Positions 1-6,954 of a stretch of 24,000 bases of DNA are shown here, piece by piece. Position 1 is the first letter of the stretch. Each line of letters opens with the position of its first letter. The translations under genes were made by a program, and so were the position numbers. Origin of the DNA: Collinsella sp. An307 (lineage in GTDB: Bacteria; Actinomycetota; Coriobacteriia; Coriobacteriales; Coriobacteriaceae); the NCBI RefSeq assembly GCF_002161805.1, contig NZ_NFIP01000003.1, positions 22,341-46,340 on the forward strand. The letters are read 5' to 3'. A model generated the notes under the pieces. The model saw only the letters and a program-made list of their open reading frames with translations, did not search any database and was not told the origin of the DNA.

Positions 1-108
1 ACGCCGCAGATAAGCCAAGAGCAGTTTGAAGAGACGTTGTTTCTGGACGCGGTACAAGAGGAACTAAAGAAGGTGCCTGAGAAAGTGGACGTAAAGTTGC
101 GGCTTTAG
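1..108 (+). CDS. 3' end of an unidentified gene, truncated by the window edge
   Basis: Frame 1 is open from position 1 (...TPQISQEQFEETLFLDAVQEELKKVPEKVDVKLRL*) and stops at TAG 106-108. Hairpin/T-run terminators follow. No family recognised. Confidence 0.3.
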   Translation, partial: TPQISQEQFEETLFLDAVQEELKKVPEKVDVKLRL

Positions 109-251
109 GCAGAAAAGAAAGGAACTTTAGCCCGATAAAGCATTAATATTGGGCAACCTTTGAGCGGTGAGGTGCCCGCTGTTTTTCGTGGCTATATCGC
201 TGAAAACAATCTGCTTTTCAAGCTGTTTCATGATATATCGGCACATAACAG

Positions 252-290
252 AAACGGGCACCTACCTTAGTGGCGGGTGCCCGTTTTTTC
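252..290 (+). terminator. Rho-independent terminator between convergent genes
   Basis: An 11-bp perfect stem (AAACGGGCACC 252-262 pairs with GGTGCCCGTTT 276-286) with a 13-nt loop, running into a T-run (284-289). Confidence 0.6.
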
Positions 291-308
291 GTTGGTTGAA
301 TACAGCAG

Positions 309-1031
309 CTAGACAGTTTCGGTTCCTTCGGTTCCAACTTCGTCAAAGGAGAACTCAACAGAGTCCGGGCTATCAACCCTCATTACAAAGCAGCCGTTGT
401 CAGCCGAGTTGTTCATATTGAAACCGCCATAATAGGTTTCATAGATTGGTGCGGTTTCAACAACGCCAAATAGCTTTAGTTGCCAACCATCGCTCCAAGC
501 AGAGCCGTTCATATCCACAACGTCTCCGTCGTTGACAATCTGATACTTCTCAAAGTCACCAAAAACAAGGGTTTCGGAAGTTACGTTGTTGCCGCTATCG
601 TCGGTTTCAAGCTCTACCGTTTGAAGCGTTGGGTTCCCTTCGAAGAGGTAGTAGGGGTTGCTATAGTCGTGATATTCCGACTTGTACCTCTCATCCTCTT
701 CGGTGAAAAGCTCGACAATCTCATCATCGGACATTTTGCTAAGCTCACCAAGTTCGGCGGTAACGTTGCTGCGGAACGTCATGATGCCGGATTCGAAGAC
801 ATAGAGTTGAGCCTGTGCATCCTTAGCCACTTTATCCACGACGAAGAACAAACGCCGTCCATCGTCGTTTACGAGTGAGAGCGGAGTGATAACTTCTGAG
901 ACAGCTTGCTCGGAGGCGGGGGAGTCTGACTCTTCGGTGGAGGCATTGTTACATCCGCTCAGACTTGCCGCACCCAACATCCCAATGGAGCAAGCGAGCA
1001 TGAATGTTCGTCTTGATACCGCACTATCCAT
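309..1031 (-). CDS. Putative Tat-signal lipoprotein, function unknown
   Basis: The N-terminus MDSAVSRRTFMLACSIGMLGAASLSGC has a twin-arginine motif (SRRTFM) and a lipobox (LSGC). A GGGAG RBS lies 7 nt upstream. The gene starts 17 nt after the stop of the upstream lipoprotein gene. Confidence 0.75.
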   Translation of the reverse strand: MDSAVSRRTFMLACSIGMLGAASLSGCNNASTEESDSPASEQAVSEVITPLSLVNDDGRRLFFVVDKVAKDAQAQLYVFESGIMTFRSNVTAELGELSKMSDDEIVELFTEEDERYKSEYHDYSNPYYLFEGNPTLQTVELETDDSGNNVTSETLVFGDFEKYQIVNDGDVVDMNGSAWSDGWQLKLFGVVETAPIYETYYGGFNMNNSADNGCFVMRVDSPDSVEFSFDEVGTEGTETV

Positions 1032-1048
1032 CTTAGTCTCCCGTCAAC

Positions 1049-1495
1049 CTACTCAACAATGAAAGCGTCTACGAGATGCGAGATGTTTGGGTCATCCGCA
1101 TACTCAAATGTTCCGCAAACGGTAATCTCCTGCTCTTTCGTCAAGTTAGCAATCTCTTCTTCAGGCAGTTCGACAACGAGGGGGTTGTAATAAACGCCAT
1201 AGCCATACTCACTGACGATAATGTAGTCCGTAGTAATCTCCTCGACGTAACCGGAGACGCGGAATACCTTGCCGTCGTATTCCTGCTTAGTCTTGGCTTC
1301 GTTCTCTTTTCGCATATCGTAGAAAGCATCTCCGTCGAAATCCTCCGCCTGCTCAAGCATTTCTTCTTGCGAAAGCTCTTGGGATTCAGATTCAGCGTTG
1401 TCACCAGTTGAGGAATTACCGCCGCAAGCCGTAAGTCCGAGAGCACCGGTTATTCCAAGAGAGCCTAAGAGAAAGTTCCTGCGGGTTAGGTTCAT
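1049..1495 (-). CDS. Putative Tat-signal lipoprotein, function unknown
   Basis: The N-terminus MNLTRRNFLLGSLGITGALGLTACGG has a TRRNFL twin-arginine motif and an LTAC lipobox. The mature N-terminal region is acidic. A purine-rich RBS is present. Confidence 0.75.
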   Translation of the reverse strand: MNLTRRNFLLGSLGITGALGLTACGGNSSTGDNAESESQELSQEEMLEQAEDFDGDAFYDMRKENEAKTKQEYDGKVFRVSGYVEEITTDYIIVSEYGYGVYYNPLVVELPEEEIANLTKEQEITVCGTFEYADDPNISHLVDAFIVE

Positions 1496-1571
1496 TGTGG
1501 CTCACCCCTTCAAAATGCTATTTCATCAACTCGTTCTTCATATCGAACTCACCTTGCGAAATTCAATCAAC

Positions 1572-2186
1572 TTATCGAATGGTGATGGTGTAAGGATTTC
1601 CCGCAAGAGTCATATCAACCGAAAGCGAACCCTCATTCAAAGCGTTTGAGGGGACGGTTGTGTAAGCATAGATATGTGTGGGGAGATTAGCGTCTAGGTA
1701 GTTGTGATTGATGGACAGCCAAAGTTGATTGGTGATGTATTGGAGTCTCCAGCCTTGATAGGAATCTTCACCATACTTCGCTACCAAATCTGTGATGGCA
1801 TAATCGTCTACTGGTAGCTGATTGGAGTTCAGGGCGGTAACGTCAAACTCAAGTATTACGAAAGCCCCTCCATCTTGCGGTTGCCAATAGGTAGAAGAAG
1901 CGTCTGATTGAAGAACGGAATCAACGCGGGCATTGGTTAGCGTGATACTGAAATCATCATTTGAGATGTTTTGCCCCACGCTGATAGGCTGAGGAGCAGG
2001 CTTCTCCGGTTCTTTTATCTCATCTTCGTCGGTGGTAGTATCCTCGGCTTTCACTTCCTCTGAACCTATTGCCGATGATTCGGTAGATGATTCGTCGCTA
2101 TCGCGATTCACCGATACAGAGCAACCAGCTGCACCAAACGCCAGCATAAAGCACAAGAAGGCGGAAAAAAGTAGCCGTGGTTTCAT
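1572..2186 (-). CDS. Lipoprotein, DUF4352-like (family assigned by recollection)
   Basis: Internal start at MKPRLLFSAFLCFMLAFGAAGC (Sec signal plus lipobox), with a GGAAGGAG RBS just upstream (ATG at 2186-2184). The 42 upstream codons of the tracked ORF (to 2312) look non-coding and overlap the palindrome. The mature part has an acidic linker followed by a beta-rich domain. Confidence 0.7.
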   Translation of the reverse strand: MKPRLLFSAFLCFMLAFGAAGCSVSVNRDSDESSTESSAIGSEEVKAEDTTTDEDEIKEPEKPAPQPISVGQNISNDDFSITLTNARVDSVLQSDASSTYWQPQDGGAFVILEFDVTALNSNQLPVDDYAITDLVAKYGEDSYQGWRLQYITNQLWLSINHNYLDANLPTHIYAYTTVPSNALNEGSLSVDMTLAGNPYTITIR

Positions 2187-2272
2187 AACTTGCTCCTTCC
2201 AAAAGCAGCCCAATAGAGACTGTGGAAGAAGCCCCGCGTGCCAAACAGTGAGGGGGAGTCTCCGCCCACAGT

Positions 2273-2394
2273 TGCCACACTGCCCTTGGTGTTCACGGTG
2301 TACGTGAGTCACGTCAGGGAGGGAGAAGACTCCCCCTGACTAGAGACTCACGAACTGTGTTGTGAACGCCACCCGTTAGGGCAGCAGTGTGGCA
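2273..2394. repeat. 122-nt imperfect palindrome (long interrupted hairpin) in a divergent intergenic region
   Basis: Paired segments checked by hand: 2273-2285/2379-2394 (with a 3-nt bulge), 2291-2296/2362-2367, 2303-2310/2345-2352, 2313-2319/2334-2340. In addition, 2251-2260 (AGGGGGAGTC) is the exact reverse complement of 2328-2337. Confidence 0.6.
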
Positions 2395-2500
2395 CCTCTA
2401 ATTTTAGCAAGACGAGCCATTATCTTCTTTCGCTATCGGTCGGTAGGTTAGGCGAACGTTGCTAAACTAAGTCCAACGGTATTCGGAGATTGGAGCAGCA

Positions 2501-2878
2501 ATGCCAAGGGCTAAGAGTTACGTAACCCCGACCAAAGATAACCTCAAGAAGCTTGAGAATCTTGCTGAGCAGATGGAGGATTTCAAGCTCTACAAAGCGT
2601 TGTGCGGTAAAGACGTAACCGAGCGCAAGAGGTTTGAGATTCTCTGGGATACCTATAAGGGCCTTGCTGAGGGAGATAACACTAAAGTGGCTACAGATGG
2701 GCGCGCGAGCCTTTCGAGCCGCTATAACGAGAACTACAAGCGCTGGAAACAGCTTTCACAGTGGGCGGACACTGACACCGATTCAAAGTACGCCGATTTC
2801 TACGCGCAAGAGCGTCAGATGCTGGAATGGTACGTTACTGAGAGTCTTGTCGATATCTACACGGCGCTTGCTGAGTAG
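2501..2878 (+). CDS. Hypothetical protein (125 aa), no recognised domain
   Basis: ATG preceded by GGAG. The composition is hydrophilic, helical-looking and coding-like. It is the only long ORF here that is not a shadow of another gene. Confidence 0.55.
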   Translation: MPRAKSYVTPTKDNLKKLENLAEQMEDFKLYKALCGKDVTERKRFEILWDTYKGLAEGDNTKVATDGRASLSSRYNENYKRWKQLSQWADTDTDSKYADFYAQERQMLEWYVTESLVDIYTALAE

Positions 2879-2968
2879 AGGAAAGACGTTACGAAACCTT
2901 GTACATCCACCTTGTACACTCATAACTATACCTGTATTCTTGCAGATATATTGCTATCTGAGTATATC

Positions 2969-3057
2969 GAGTGGGAATAGAACAGACGTTCGATAAAACA
3001 ATATAGTATCAGATAGCGGGCACGGTTTCAATCGAATCCGTGCCCGCTGCTGTATGT
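2969..3057. repeat. Repeat copy A: GAAC-N4-GTTC palindrome plus conserved-loop hairpin
   Basis: Gapless 89-nt alignment to 5849-5937, 69/89 identical (hand count). GAACAGACGTTC lies at 2980-2991. The hairpin is GCGGGCACGG 3016-3025 paired with CCGTGCCCGC 3038-3047, with loop TTTCAATCGAAT. Confidence 0.75.
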
Positions 3058-3134
3058 GTGTCCTAGCACGCCCAATATGCGCCGTAAAAGCCGTCCTCTT
3101 CAACGTCAAAGTGAATGCGCTTCATTTTTGCCTC

Positions 3135-3965
3135 TCAAAATCTTATTTTCACGATTTGCATTTTCATCCCGTTGTCACCGACCCTTGCGAGAAACCGGAA
3201 AAAGCCGCTGACAGAAGGGTCCCTCAAATCGTTGTAACCCAGCATATAGCCGCGACTCGTGACCTGCAGACGGCTGTCCCACGTGCCGATTTCCTTGGCG
3301 GCATCCGAAACCGCAAAATATGCCCCCACATCCTTGATTTTTGCAGTCTTAAGCCATGTTTTTGCGATCATCTTTACTGCCGTCCGATTGGCAGCATCAA
3401 AGACCAGCACACCGCCGGGGAAAGCGTCCGCCATCCCCCGCACCAGTTCCCGGACCTGCCGGGTCAGAAAGTAATAGAACACCCCGGAGGCAAAGAACAC
3501 CACCCCGCCGGAGGCATCGATTTTGCTAAACCATGCGGTGTCTTTCAGGTCACAGGGGATATTTTGTTCTCGATTCCCGGCGGGCATTAGCTGCTGCCGC
3601 AAGGCAATCACATCCGGGAAGTCCAGATTGTAGATCTTGCATCTACCGTTGTCGCAGGTTCTGCCGGTGTTGTCCAGCCCACAGCCCAGATTGACCACCG
3701 CTGCATTGGGGTGGCCTTTCAGGTAATCCCGCACCTCGAAAGCAAGATCACTCTGCCGCATGGCCACCTCCAGCGCACCAAAGCGCTGCATCAGGCTGCG
3801 GGAGTTTTTCTCTGCCTCTGAAAAGTCGTAGTCAATCTGGTCGAGCAGACGAACCGCTGTTTCATCCCTGTAAAGGTTCGGGTACAGCTCCGTACACAGC
3901 TTCCGGGAATACAGCGGGAGGATCAGCGTCTCTTGCACGGTGTTTTTCTCAATTTTACATTTCAT
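3135..3965 (-). CDS. Class I SAM-dependent O-methyltransferase, TcmP/LCM-like
   Basis: Start at MKCKIEKNTVQETL, with a GAGGAAG RBS (ATG 3965-3963). The VVNLGCGLD glycine-rich SAM motif is present. Overall resemblance to polyketide-type (tetracenomycin TcmP-like) O-methyltransferases is by recollection. The 65-codon upstream extension in the ORF track was rejected. Confidence 0.85.
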   Translation of the reverse strand: MKCKIEKNTVQETLILPLYSRKLCTELYPNLYRDETAVRLLDQIDYDFSEAEKNSRSLMQRFGALEVAMRQSDLAFEVRDYLKGHPNAAVVNLGCGLDNTGRTCDNGRCKIYNLDFPDVIALRQQLMPAGNREQNIPCDLKDTAWFSKIDASGGVVFFASGVFYYFLTRQVRELVRGMADAFPGGVLVFDAANRTAVKMIAKTWLKTAKIKDVGAYFAVSDAAKEIGTWDSRLQVTSRGYMLGYNDLRDPSVSGFFRFLARVGDNGMKMQIVKIRF

Positions 3966-4081
3966 AGGTTTCTTCCTCAGTGAATAAAAACTGTCATAAT
4001 TGCCGCCAGCACAGCTGCTATGACCGTCATGCCTATCGCCATGTGCAGGATGGATGCAAAAAATGCCCGTGCTTGATGCCC

Positions 4082-4687
4082 TTACTTCCGCGCCGTGACG
4101 CAGAGCCACTTTTTCTTTTTGCGTATCTGCACCTCGTGAAAACCCGCCTGCTCCAGGCACGCCTTCAATTCAATGTCCTTGTAGATGGTCATGCCGCCGA
4201 TGATCCGCGTCCACCTCTCGTCCTTGTCCGTATCGCCATTGCTCTCGTTGCAGATAAGAATTGTCCCGCCTGGCTTCAGCGTCCGCCAGACCTCACGGAA
4301 GCATCGGGGCAAATCAGGCCAGAAATAGACGGTCTCGAAGGCCGTGGCGGCATCGAAGCAGCTATCCTCAAACGCCATATCCGCCACACTGTCTTGCAGA
4401 ACGGCGCAACGCCCCTCCTGAATTGCGGTTCGGTTGAGCTTCCTGGCCTTCTCCACGCTGACGGGCGAATAGTCGACGCCTTTGACGACGCCATGCGGGC
4501 ATTTTTCCAGCAGCCGTTTTATGTTCGCCCCGCCGCCGCAGCCGCAATCCAGCACCTTGGCGTTTGGCGCGAGTCGTAGAAATCGAAGTCCCCACCGCGC
4601 CACAGGGTCGTGGCCCAGGTTCATCATGGCAACCATAAGTTTTCCGCCGAGGCCCACGGGCTTGCGGGTGTTTTCAAAGAACGACAT
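4082..4687 (-). CDS. Class I SAM-dependent methyltransferase (Methyltransf_11/25-like)
   Basis: Start at MSFFENTRKP, with a GGAGG RBS. VLDCGCGGG is SAM-binding motif I. The start overlaps the upstream methyltransferase stop by 14 nt. Confidence 0.85.
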   Translation of the reverse strand: MSFFENTRKPVGLGGKLMVAMMNLGHDPVARWGLRFLRLAPNAKVLDCGCGGGANIKRLLEKCPHGVVKGVDYSPVSVEKARKLNRTAIQEGRCAVLQDSVADMAFEDSCFDAATAFETVYFWPDLPRCFREVWRTLKPGGTILICNESNGDTDKDERWTRIIGGMTIYKDIELKACLEQAGFHEVQIRKKKKWLCVTARK

Positions 4688-5303
4688 CTGGCCCCTCCGA
4701 TTTCGTGCATTCCGCATAGGTCAACGGGAACGAGGCCTTCAGCACCGCGCTTTTCCGCACCGCCCAGCCGTTTTGACGCAGGAAACGCAGGTATTCCTCG
4801 CTTGTCCACCTGCTGTGGAGGGGGAATCCCGCCATGCTCATGAAAAAGGCTTTTGCCTTGCCGGAAATCGAGTTTCCCGCGTGGGTGAAGGTTGGCGCGA
4901 TGAGCACGCCGTCGTCCTTCAGTACCCGCCTGATTTCTTGCAGTGCCTTTTCCGGATGCGGCACTATGTGAAGCGCGTTGGACGCGATCACCACTTCGAA
5001 GGACTTCTGTGCATAGGGCAGGCGGAACATATCTTGTACGGAAAAGTGCAGCTTTGCGGATTGATTGTCCCGCCTTGCTTCAAGGATCATCTTTGCAGAA
5101 GCGTCCGTAGCCTCGATATGCGCCGCCGCATTCACGATGCTCTTTGCGATAAGCCCCGTGCCGGTGGCAACTTCCAGTACGGTTTTTGCTTTCACCACCG
5201 GCCTGATCAGATCATACATCTTCTCATACGCCGCCCGGTCCTTTCGCATGAAGCGGTCGTACCGACCGGCATTCTTGTCCCAGAAGCCCTTGCGTTCGTG
5301 CAT
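4674..5303 (-). CDS. Class I SAM-dependent methyltransferase
   Basis: VLEVATGTG is motif I, and FEVVIASNALH is a post-I/II motif. The likely start is MHERKGFWDK (ATG 5303-5301). The tracked start at 5354 is possible but lacks a better RBS. Confidence 0.8.
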   Translation of the reverse strand: MHERKGFWDKNAGRYDRFMRKDRAAYEKMYDLIRPVVKAKTVLEVATGTGLIAKSIVNAAAHIEATDASAKMILEARRDNQSAKLHFSVQDMFRLPYAQKSFEVVIASNALHIVPHPEKALQEIRRVLKDDGVLIAPTFTHAGNSISGKAKAFFMSMAGFPLHSRWTSEEYLRFLRQNGWAVRKSAVLKASFPLTYAECTKSEGPDVVL

Positions 5304-5848
5304 GGCTATCGCCCCCAAATAGTTAGAGCCATCTAACTGTAACACACGAATCATGCAGTAAGATAAGGCTAACCTTATTTTCTTGGCTAAGACGCATCTC
5401 TTCGGTTTTCGCTTATAACGGCGCGAGTCAGATACTAGGCTGGAGCTGAAGAAGGAGCTTGGCGGACAGGTAGGTCGATACCGGTTCCCGGAACGGTGAT
5501 CCAGCCAATTACACCAGGGCTCTAGTCATGCTTGTAAACCCAATCCATGACGGGAAATAGGTCCTTTTCTCTAGCTCGACGTCTTTCGGAGCTTGACGAT
5601 TTAGACTGATGGAGGCGAGAAGTCCCCCACCGCGCCAATACCAGACGATTGCGCTATAGGCATCTCTCCGACCCTTTGAATCACCCCTTTTCACGCCACC
5701 CGCTACGAACCCCGGCGGAAATCAGGGAGTGATTAAAGGAGCGACCTGCGGTTTCGCGAATCAATTGAGTCATTCCCGAAATCGCGAATCAGCCCTTAGG
5801 CGGTACGACGCGACTCGCATCTGCAGCACCCGTACTGGATCAGTCACT

Positions 5849-5937
5849 GAGTGGGAATAGAACATACGTTCTGTATAACGTTATAGCACCAGGTGGCAGG
5901 CGCAGTTTCAATCGAAGCTACGCCTGCTGCTATATAT
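5849..5937. repeat. Repeat copy B: GAAC-N4-GTTC palindrome plus conserved-loop hairpin
   Basis: GAACATACGTTC lies at 5860-5871. The hairpin is 5896-5905 paired with 5918-5927, with the same loop core GTTTCAATCGAA as copy A. Three stem positions differ from copy A by compensatory double changes. Confidence 0.75.
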
Positions 5938-5954
5938 ACTGGTCGATGGCGGTA

Positions 5955-6374
5955 TCAATGCCCGCGATGCTTCCGCTTGCGCTTCAGCTTTCGCTGCTCG
6001 AAGCGTGCCTCCGCCTCATCCGCGCGACGCTGGCTTCTTGCTTGAGCCGACTCCCGCTTCATCGCTTCCCGCTGTGCCGCGAGAGCCTGCTGTGCCTTGG
6101 TGCTCACTGCGGGCCGCTTAAGGGCCTTCGACGCCTCGCGGGCGCGCCGCTTGGGGTTCTTCGCGGGCTTGCTTGTTTCAGTGGCCTCGTCGCCGAAGAA
6201 CGCGAGCTTCGTCCATTTGTTGACAACGAATCGCAGGATCTCCTCATCGGACGGCTCCGCGCCGAAGACGATGCGGGCGACGCCGCATCTGCCGCCCTCG
6301 ACGTGCTCCGCCAGCCCGACCCAGAATTGGCCGTCGTGATATACGGTCAGGGTGGACGACACGCTGATCTGCAT
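5955..6374 (-). CDS. yjdF: YjdF/DUF2992 family protein
   Basis: Start at MQISVSSTLTVYHDGQFWVGLAEHV, with an AAGGAGG RBS (ATG 6374-6372). The TVYHDGQFWVG N-terminus and the lysine/arginine-rich C-terminal tail are characteristic of the DUF2992 (B. subtilis YjdF) family. Confidence 0.8.
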   Translation of the reverse strand: MQISVSSTLTVYHDGQFWVGLAEHVEGGRCGVARIVFGAEPSDEEILRFVVNKWTKLAFFGDEATETSKPAKNPKRRAREASKALKRPAVSTKAQQALAAQREAMKRESAQARSQRRADEAEARFEQRKLKRKRKHRGH

Positions 6375-6507
6375 GGCTGGTTCCTCCTTTATGTAGATGA
6401 CCATGCAGAGAAGGGACAACCAAGGAGGCAGGTTACTGATGCGGACTCCCGCACGCCCACGACTACCCGACGGGGACTGTGTTTTCATCTTTGGTGCCCG
6501 CATTGTA
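6375..6507 (-). promoter_or_regulatory. Promoter (TACAAT) and structured 5' leader of the yjdF-like gene; candidate yjdF-motif riboswitch
   Basis: On the minus strand there is a TACAAT -10 box (6507-6502). About 120 nt of leader follows. It contains CCUCCUU (6428-6422), which is exactly complementary to the SD AAGGAGG (6389-6383). The yjdF RNA motif is known to precede yjdF genes. I did not verify the consensus. Confidence 0.4.
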
Positions 6508-6606
6508 GCACGCGCGAATGTGCGCCGGCAGCGCTGCTGACATGGCGCGACCGGGACTCGCTTCTCGACGCATTCTTGAACATATTGCCTCCCCGGTTAC
6601 GAAACT

Positions 6607-6855
6607 TTAAAAAAATTCGAGTTTCGACACCGAGGAGGACCGAATGATGGCTTGGGTAGACCGCAATACGTAGGAAGTTTCGCCATCGTCTATGCTGAAC
6701 ACGAGGTCGTCTCCCTCCAATCCGATCAGGCTGACCGAGCAATCGGCACCCGGATCGACATTCCCCTGCACATGAACCCGCTTATGCGCGCGAACGAGGG
6801 CTACAAGGGCATGACCGCGCAGGAAGCGTTTGGGGTAGCGAACGGGGCCGAGCAT
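6607..6855 (-). CDS. Hypothetical protein (82 aa)
   Basis: ORF with GC-rich third positions that fits the local strand organisation. The RBS is weak, in-frame stops lie immediately upstream, and no domain was recognised. Confidence 0.35.
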   Translation of the reverse strand: MLGPVRYPKRFLRGHALVALVRAHKRVHVQGNVDPGADCSVSLIGLEGDDLVFSIDDGETSYVLRSTQAIIRSSSVSKLEFF

Positions 6856-6954
6856 CGCCCTGCGCCGGCCTTGTCATCAGGTCCTCGCACTGGGCGGTAA
6901 TCCGAGGAACGGGAGTAAGGATTTGCCCAGCATCGATAATGCTCAGCTACACCC

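Noticed and set aside
4482-5336. 284-aa ORF on the + strand, along with 3054-3590, 3980-4579 and other ORFs in the 3.0-5.4 kb block
   Set aside because: They are antisense or out of frame relative to three methyltransferase genes with unmistakable SAM-binding motifs. They have no RBS and no domain-like sequence.
5509-5694. 61-aa ORF (-) in the long non-coding stretch
   Set aside because: It has no RBS and an implausible sequence. The region is treated as non-coding or possibly structured RNA.
5600-5720. Possible guanidine-I (ykkC) riboswitch on the minus strand (GGGGTTCG... and GGTCGGAGAG resemble the GGGUUCCG and GGUCCGAGAG blocks)
   Set aside because: The third conserved block (ACGGCGGGAUAAAAGCCCGGGAG) is absent, and the downstream genes (methyltransferases) are not typical ykkC-regulated genes. 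The resemblance is too partial without a covariance-model score.
5355-5848. tmRNA, RNase P RNA, SRP RNA, tRNA or a group II intron remnant
   Set aside because: By eye there is no T-arm GGTTCGAAT...CCA end, no RNase P conserved blocks (for example AGGAAAGTCC), no SRP GGAAG/AGCAG helix-8 motif and no domain V-like hairpin.
5946-6647. 233-aa ORF on the + strand
   Set aside because: It is antisense to the YjdF/DUF2992 gene and its leader. The product is Leu/Arg/Ala-rich and shadow-like.
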